Assembly: GCA_048940925.1 (NCBI GenBank)
Contig: JBHLOC010000071.1
Location: forward strand, 1-13,723
DNA: 13,723 nucleotides
Source of the DNA: Promethearchaeota archaeon
GTDB lineage: Archaea; Asgardarchaeota; Lokiarchaeia; Sigyniarchaeales; SOKP01
Reading direction: 5' to 3'
Shown piece after piece: positions 7,661 to 13,723 of the stretch (the stretch's first letter is position 1; each line of letters starts with the position of its first letter). The notes under the pieces are model-generated. The model made no database searches. It was not told the origin of the DNA and was given only the letters and a program-made list of their open reading frames with translations. The position numbers and the translations under genes were made by a program.

Positions 7661-8734
7661 TCAAGAATTTAAAGTGTTTAAAAAAAGAGGTTTAAGGAGA
7701 TTTACATAATGATCACGTATTGAATATTCTGCGATGTTGGTTACTTCAGAGATAATTTTTTGGGTTAGAATAGCTTTTTGTGAATTTCTTTTAGCTAATA
7801 ACTTATCTGCTAAATATATAATTGCACCTGTCAGAATAAATGGATTTCTCCCTCCACGTAAACTGACAGGTAATGCTTTTAGTATTTTACGACATTCTAA
7901 TATTAACTTATTTTGGAATTCTCTTTTTGACCAAAAGACACCTTTTTTCTTTAACCTTTCTACTAAATCTTTGTGATTTACTACTTGATTAATTAGTCTT
8001 ATTAGATAATCTTCACTTTTATGAGGTAAAGAGTGATTTTTTATAAAGTGTTTATATTTTACTCCATCTCTTAAGATTAATCTAGGATTAACTCTATGAC
8101 CGTAGTTTTGAAAAGCTTTAGAAATTTCATTGATAGTAATTGGTGCATTATGATATTCCTTTCTTACAGCATAAAATATACAAAAAGCAATTAATGAGAT
8201 ATTATTAATTACTTTAGATTCACTCTTAATTATTTTTTTATAATAATATGCCGCGTTATTTCTGATATTTTTATTTAAATTTAGGTATAATGAGATTTTA
8301 TTTAAAATGTTAAAGATTCTATACTCCGTTTCATGATTTTTAATCCTTAAAAATTGATCATAATTTTTTTTGAGTCTTCTAAACAATTTTTGTTCATTTG
8401 GGGGTAAAAGCTTTCCTGTTTTATCCTTTAAAAATATAGAATTTTCATAATCAATAAATGAACCTAATCCGCCTATAAAATCTGTCCTTGTCCCCAAAGA
8501 AACATACTGTTTACTTAAATTATTTAGTTTATCATTTTGATTGAAAATAAAAGATGATTCTCTAAAAAATTCATTAACTATTAACCCACATCTATTGCAA
8601 ATTCTTTCAAAGCTATTGATAATTATATTTCCACCACATTCAGGGCATACTTCAAAGGCATTATTATTATCTTTTTTTTCTTTTTGATTAATAGATATCA
8701 CTAAATTCAGGGAATTTAAGACAAATAAATTCAC
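7661..8734 (-). CDS. tfb: Divergent transcription initiation factor IIB (TFB) paralog
   Basis: Zn ribbon CPECGG...CNRCG, two cyclin-fold repeats, GRNP..TGAIIY, and a C-terminal TQKIISEVTNIAEYSIR HTH. Start uncertain (GTG at 8734 or 8701). Confidence 0.85.
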   Translation of the reverse strand: MNLFVLNSLNLVISINQKEKKDNNNAFEVCPECGGNIIINSFERICNRCGLIVNEFFRESSFIFNQNDKLNNLSKQYVSLGTRTDFIGGLGSFIDYENSIFLKDKTGKLLPPNEQKLFRRLKKNYDQFLRIKNHETEYRIFNILNKISLYLNLNKNIRNNAAYYYKKIIKSESKVINNISLIAFCIFYAVRKEYHNAPITINEISKAFQNYGHRVNPRLILRDGVKYKHFIKNHSLPHKSEDYLIRLINQVVNHKDLVERLKKKGVFWSKREFQNKLILECRKILKALPVSLRGGRNPFILTGAIIYLADKLLAKRNSQKAILTQKIISEVTNIAEYSIRDHYVNLLKPLFLNTLNS

Positions 8735-8929
8735 TCAAATTTTAATTTAACTTCGTGGAATAATAATATGTTAAAAAGAAATTCCATTTCTCGAAAATAG
8801 AATAATCTACCATAGTGAATGAGAGTGGGATCGCAAAAAATAAAAAATGTTGAATTTAAAACATTCAATTTAAAGTTATAATGACTTGAAAGAAATGTTT
8901 AGCACATTATTAAAAGGTCATGAAATAAA

Positions 8930-9166
8930 ATGAATCAGACTTCTAATTATATGGAAAAAATTAAGAAAATACCATACAATAATTTAAAATTTTTGAAAGA
9001 AATAATCAATAAGTTAAATAAAATATTTTCTGGAAAAAGAGAAATTATGTATTCTGATATTATAAATTTAATTTCTAGAGAAGGAAATTCGGGAGAAGAA
9101 TATAATCAAATACTTTTATGGTGTAACTATAAAATTAGATTAGGAGAAATTTTTTTTGAGGTTTAA
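8930..9166 (+). CDS. Small hypothetical protein, possibly winged-helix-like
   Basis: 78-aa ATG ORF in an otherwise empty gap, with a helix-strand-helix-helix-strand pattern. Confidence 0.6.
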   Translation: MNQTSNYMEKIKKIPYNNLKFLKEIINKLNKIFSGKREIMYSDIINLISREGNSGEEYNQILLWCNYKIRLGEIFFEV

Positions 9167-9370
9167 ACATTACTTTTAATTTTAAACTTTTTTCTCAGAT
9201 AGTTAATTTGTAAAAAAGTTAAAATAACAAAAAGGACTTATAAATACTTAATTATAATAATACGTATTAACTTAATTTAATAAAATTAGAAGAATATTTC
9301 ATTAATTACATATTCTTAATTAAAAACATTAAAAGGAACGATATCTTCACTGTTTAATTTAATATAGAAG

Positions 9371-10063
9371 GTGGATTTCACTATGGTTCGATTTACAGCA
9401 GATCATAAAGTTTATATTAAGATTCTTTATTGGGGTATGGCAGGTTCAGGAAAGACTACAATTGTAGATACTCTCTACAGATATACAAAAGAGAATGATA
9501 AAGATATAGCCCCTACGGGTAATCTCACTAAAATTTCTATGGCGAGTGGATCAACATTATATTTTGATAGAGGTATCTTTAGATCCACAAAACAACAAAG
9601 TAGAGGAAAAGTTTTTTATCATGTATACACTGTTGCAGGTCAACGGAGATTTTCTCCTTTAAGAAAGAAAATCTTTAAGGGAACAGATGGAGTTATTTTT
9701 ACTGTTGATTCACAAACTCATTTCTTTGAAGATAATATCGAATCTTTAAAAGAATTGAAGAATATTACAAGAGGAAAATTAATTAAGGAAATTCCTCTCA
9801 TTGTTATGCTCAATAAACAAGATCTTACAGAGGTGATAGGTGAAGAAGATTTTAAGCAAGTCTTAAAAGATGAAAAACTTTGGTATGAACCAGATGCTAA
9901 ATTATATTTTTGGAATCCAATAATATATAAAACTTGTGCTCTCTATGAAAAAAGAAAGGATGTATATCGCAGTTTTTCTGAATGTGCAAGAAGAACAGGA
10001 TTATATCAAATATATGGTGATGGAGAAGCTCCAGAAGAATTTAAAGAGTTCCATGATTTTTAA
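9371..10063 (+). CDS. Small Ras-superfamily GTPase, MglA-like (paralog 1)
   Basis: G1 GMAGSGKTT, G2 STLYFD, G3 YTVAGQ (MglA type, no Asp), DGVIFTVDSQ, G4 NKQD, G5 TCA. The start may be the ATG at 9383. Confidence 0.9.
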   Translation: MDFTMVRFTADHKVYIKILYWGMAGSGKTTIVDTLYRYTKENDKDIAPTGNLTKISMASGSTLYFDRGIFRSTKQQSRGKVFYHVYTVAGQRRFSPLRKKIFKGTDGVIFTVDSQTHFFEDNIESLKELKNITRGKLIKEIPLIVMLNKQDLTEVIGEEDFKQVLKDEKLWYEPDAKLYFWNPIIYKTCALYEKRKDVYRSFSECARRTGLYQIYGDGEAPEEFKEFHDF

Positions 10064-10146
10064 ATAGTATAAATTATAAAATACTATTACTTTACAATTA
10101 GAACTTAATAGATATTATTTATATATTATTTAAATCAATATGATAA

Positions 10147-10264
10147 AAAGGAGTCAATGAAGGTTGTAAAGATTCGATGAAAACGACTAAATAAGGATGA
10201 TCTACTATAAGTAGGAATGATAATTTATAGTTACTTTGAGGATTATAAAAACCTTAACTCCTTT
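10147..10264 (+). ncRNA. Candidate structured non-coding RNA (unassigned)
   Basis: Terminal pairings AAAGGAGT/ACTCCTTT and AAGGTT/AACCTT, internal hairpins, and a TTTATATA box at 10118-10125. Confidence 0.3.
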
Positions 10265-10338
10265 GAGCAAATTTTACTAAATATAAATAAAATATAAAAG
10301 TTTATGTACATTTTTATGAATAACTTTTAAAAGAACAG

Positions 10339-10539
10339 ATGTGGATTAAAACGGGTTTATATAATAATATAAAGGATAATTTACCGAAGCAGTTTTCTAT
10401 TTTTCAATTAATGAGTATTCTAGGAATTGAAGCATTGGAAGTGAGAAAGGTAAGAAATTTATTAAAACAATTTTACTTACAGGGTTATGTAAAAAGAATA
10501 TCAAAAAATATGTATAAAAAAGTTGAAATTAAAGATTAA
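10339..10539 (+). CDS. Small winged-helix-like protein
   Basis: 66 aa with FSIFQLMSILG...VRNLLKQFYLQGYVKRISKNMY, a typical wHTH recognition helix plus wing. Confidence 0.7.
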   Translation: MWIKTGLYNNIKDNLPKQFSIFQLMSILGIEALEVRKVRNLLKQFYLQGYVKRISKNMYKKVEIKD

Positions 10540-10549
10540 TAATTAAAGA

Positions 10550-11161
10550 CTAATTATTAATACTTAAATTAATAACTACTTGAGGAAATATATAATTAAT
10601 TAACTGACTAAATGAATCCAATAGTCCTTTTCCATTTATAGCAACAGTTCTTTTTAATGTAAGATTTTTATATTTATTATAATCAATTAGGGATAAAAAT
10701 TCTGATTCACTTATTTTTTTGGTATCCCTTAGATCATACTTATTTAATGAAACTACAATGGGAATATTATATATCTCCATTCCGAATAACATTTTCAATT
10801 CATTCCATGATCTTAAATTATGTTCCAAAAATTTATTTTGAGAATCAACGACGAAAATTATACCATCTACTCCCTTTAGAGTAGCTGGACGAGTGCCTGC
10901 ATAAAAATCCTGACCTGTAGCAGAATATACTAAAAACTTTAAATCCCACTTAGTCCCGCTAAATTGTAATACTCCAAAATCAAAAAAGAGTGTTCTTCCA
11001 ACAGTACTATCAATTGATTTTAATGAGTTTTCTTTTTTGAAAAAAGAAAAAAGATATTTTACAGAAGTTGTTTTTCCTGACATTGCAGGACCGTAATATA
11101 CAATTTTTACTTGTAATGTTTTTTTCTCAAAATCAAATATCATACCTAATTCTAACCCCAT
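10550..11161 (-). CDS. mglA: MglA-family small GTPase (paralog 2)
   Basis: KIVYYGPAMSGKTT, GRTLFFDF, YSATGQDFY, LKGVDGIIFVVDSQ, NKYD and TVAINGKG closely parallel Myxococcus MglA motifs. The start is probably the ATG at 11143. Confidence 0.9.
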   Translation of the reverse strand: MGLELGMIFDFEKKTLQVKIVYYGPAMSGKTTSVKYLFSFFKKENSLKSIDSTVGRTLFFDFGVLQFSGTKWDLKFLVYSATGQDFYAGTRPATLKGVDGIIFVVDSQNKFLEHNLRSWNELKMLFGMEIYNIPIVVSLNKYDLRDTKKISESEFLSLIDYNKYKNLTLKRTVAINGKGLLDSFSQLINYIFPQVVINLSINN

Positions 11162-12048
11162 AATGAAACTATTTTATCACCAATAAAAGTTTTCTTACCA
11201 TCTTCAATCAAATCAGAAAAATTTTCACCCCATTCTTTAAATATAAATGATATAATACGTTCAATAGGCGCTTCCTCATAATCAATAGTTTCTAAAAGAG
11301 TTTTACTTCCTATTTTAGCTTGCATTTCGATATTTTTTAATAAATTCAACCTTGATAAGATGAAAAAAGCACGTTTTGAACCAGAATAGAAATTTTGAAT
11401 CTCTCTTTTAAAAATATTTTTCTTTAACTCAATTTTTTCTATTCCAAAATCTAATAATGTTTCTATTAAATCTTTATCAAGGTTATTCAATTTTGTCTTA
11501 TCATTTAAAACTCTTTTCATTTTTATAATAGATTTTTCTGTATCTTGAGAAATCTTTTTAAATATATTTTGTTCTAATGGTAAATCCAGTACTTTCGTAT
11601 TTATTTTTTCAAGATTTACTAAAAACCTATTGGAAGAAAGAGTTATGTATAGTACTTCTTTAACTTTATCTCTTATCTGACTTCTTATTGCAAAAAAATC
11701 TTCTTTATTAGGAGGAATAATTATTCCCATTAGCCAAGACTCAAATTTGTTAAATTGACTTAATGCTTTGAATGCAACATTACAAGGGCACCTAATGTGT
11801 GCTCTTTGAGAGTTATAGTCAACATTTTCATTAAAAATTAAACTTTCATACTCCCTATTAGAAATGAAATCAGTATTAAAGATGTATTCTTTTCTAAAAT
11901 GTATAAGTTCAGATAAATCAATTAATAAGTTATCAATTTTATCTGAATCATCACCAAAAACGATAATGGGAATCCTATCTAAAAGGCAATATAGAATTAA
12001 GGAAGAATAGTTTCTTTTGAATTTATCTAAAATTTCGAAAAATTTCAT
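11152..12048 (-). CDS. Hypothetical protein with a DENN-core-like (cDENN/dDENN) pattern
   Basis: FFEILDKF..SSLILYCLLDRIPIIVFGDDSDKIDNLLIDLSELI, then SWLMGI, VLYITL and a helical C-terminus. GGTGA SD at 12057-12053. The ORF is secure; the fold call is by eye. Confidence 0.55.
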   Translation of the reverse strand: MKFFEILDKFKRNYSSLILYCLLDRIPIIVFGDDSDKIDNLLIDLSELIHFRKEYIFNTDFISNREYESLIFNENVDYNSQRAHIRCPCNVAFKALSQFNKFESWLMGIIIPPNKEDFFAIRSQIRDKVKEVLYITLSSNRFLVNLEKINTKVLDLPLEQNIFKKISQDTEKSIIKMKRVLNDKTKLNNLDKDLIETLLDFGIEKIELKKNIFKREIQNFYSGSKRAFFILSRLNLLKNIEMQAKIGSKTLLETIDYEEAPIERIISFIFKEWGENFSDLIEDGKKTFIGDKIVSLWG

Positions 12049-12060
12049 ATTTTCACCATG

Positions 12061-13098
12061 CTATTTAATAATTAATTCTCCTAACATCCTTTTAACATCA
12101 AATGTCCTATGTTCTTGAATATCAGACGCTTCTTTAATAAGTGTGCTAACTTTATTCGTAAATTTGGGAAGGATTAGTCTTATTAAACCTAATTTTTGTC
12201 TCATTTTTCCAATAATGGTATTGAATACAGCTCTTCCTAATCCCTCGATAAATTGAAAGGTATTATCACAATCTAATAGTATTCTTTCAGCATGCATTTT
12301 TTTTAACATCCATGCACATCTATTAGCTGTTTGAAAAAGAGAATAACTCATTGCTGATATCTTATCTAACGTCTCTGAACTCATTTCAACCTTTTTTAAT
12401 AATTTTGATGCGATAAATCCCCCTTCAATAGTTATAAAAGCATACTTTAAATCGGGAATTGTTAAAGAGATATTATTCAAAACTTTTTTTAATTCTAAAG
12501 ATATTGCTCTTGAGAAGCTTAATGAAAAGGGAGAGATTTTTAGATTGAATTCTTCATTTTCTTTAAGATTAAATCCTTCGATAATGCTTTGAATTTTCTG
12601 ACTATTAAATTGTATTAAGGGTGGTTTAAAGGACTCTCCAGATGTTATTAGACTAGTTTTAATTTTCCTTAAACATTCATTAGTTTGTAAAAATATTCCC
12701 CCTAAATTGATATTAGGTTGTGCTGTAATTGCGATAAAGAATTCATGATTTTCGTCTAAAATATTTTGTAATTCTAAAATCTTATTTAATGACTTATGGA
12801 CAGGATTATTTAAAGGAGCAATTAAAATTTTTGCTTTTTTCCCTTCTATCAAGATATATTTTAGATCATTAGGATGTAAATGAATACCAACATTAAAAAT
12901 TGCACTGGTAGCAGAACTTACATTAAAAATTTCATCTTTTGAAAACCAAACTCCAGTCGATTGAATTGGATTCCCGTCTCTTTGTGTTAAAACTGCATTC
13001 TCTACACCTTTTATCTGCTTTATTTGGTCTAAGTGGATTCCTATTTTCTCATGGAGGTTCATTTTATAACAAATATTCCTTTTATGAAATGATATCAT
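12061..13098 (-). CDS. Tandem Roadblock/LC7 (MglB-like) domain protein
   Basis: Domain 1: GVENAVLTQRDGNPI...ILIEGKKAKILIAPL...NLGGIF. Domain 2: AFITIEGGFIAS...ISAMSYSL...KLGLIRL. The start is probably the ATG at 13062. Confidence 0.88.
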   Translation of the reverse strand: MISFHKRNICYKMNLHEKIGIHLDQIKQIKGVENAVLTQRDGNPIQSTGVWFSKDEIFNVSSATSAIFNVGIHLHPNDLKYILIEGKKAKILIAPLNNPVHKSLNKILELQNILDENHEFFIAITAQPNINLGGIFLQTNECLRKIKTSLITSGESFKPPLIQFNSQKIQSIIEGFNLKENEEFNLKISPFSLSFSRAISLELKKVLNNISLTIPDLKYAFITIEGGFIASKLLKKVEMSSETLDKISAMSYSLFQTANRCAWMLKKMHAERILLDCDNTFQFIEGLGRAVFNTIIGKMRQKLGLIRLILPKFTNKVSTLIKEASDIQEHRTFDVKRMLGELIIK

Positions 13099-13165
13099 TT
13101 AATTTTAAAATAGACTTTTAAACTACGAAATTTTAACAAATTTTATTCAGTTTTATGCGAGAAAA

Positions 13166-13181
13166 CACAAAAATTTATAAT
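13166..13181 (+). promoter_or_regulatory. Putative BRE/TATA promoter of the rRNA transcript
   Basis: An A-rich CACAAAAA directly precedes TTTATAAT (13174-13181), about 30 nt before a GC-richer structured leader. Confidence 0.55.
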
Positions 13182-13204
13182 ATATTTTTCCTATATTATA
13201 TAAT

Positions 13205-13723
<519 letters not shown>

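Noticed and set aside
7734-7976. 80-aa plus-strand ORF
   Set aside because: Antisense shadow inside the TFB paralog.
10157-10192. Eukaryote-like SECIS element (AUGA followed by a GGUUGU/ACGACU helix)
   Set aside because: The 3' side reads AAAU rather than the required GA, and flanking genes have no in-frame UGA.
10150-10240. CRISPR array, 5S rRNA or fluoride riboswitch
   Set aside because: The repeated unit is only 4 nt, and the conserved 5S and crcB core sequences and pseudoknot are absent.
12939-13121. 60-aa plus-strand ORF
   Set aside because: Antisense to the conserved first Roadblock domain; no recognisable features.

Overview
Very AT-rich archaeal chromosomal window, most consistent with an Asgard archaeon (Lokiarchaeia-like). 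This rests on the 16S 5' end and the combination of Roadblock, small-GTPase, V4R and DENN-like genes. Left to right it holds: a TadC/FlaJ-like platform protein; a small membrane protein; a V4R protein; a minus-strand cluster (acidic-tail protein, A24 prepilin peptidase, ArsR-like wHTH, Orc1/Cdc6); a membrane-anchored beta-repeat protein; rps17e; a UPF0148/SSSCA1-like Zn-ribbon protein; tRNA-Glu(CUC) with a 37-nt D-arm intron; a divergent TFB paralog; two small proteins; two MglA-like GTPases; and the start of a 16S rRNA gene. The best candidate system is the minus-strand operon tandem-Roadblock (MglB-like) -> DENN-core-like protein with no longin domain -> MglA-like GTPase, which faces a second MglA-like GTPase lacking the intrinsic arginine. 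Between the two GTPases lies a possible ~120-nt structured RNA with ATGA motifs exactly 20 nt apart. All family calls come from motif recognition by eye; no searches were run.
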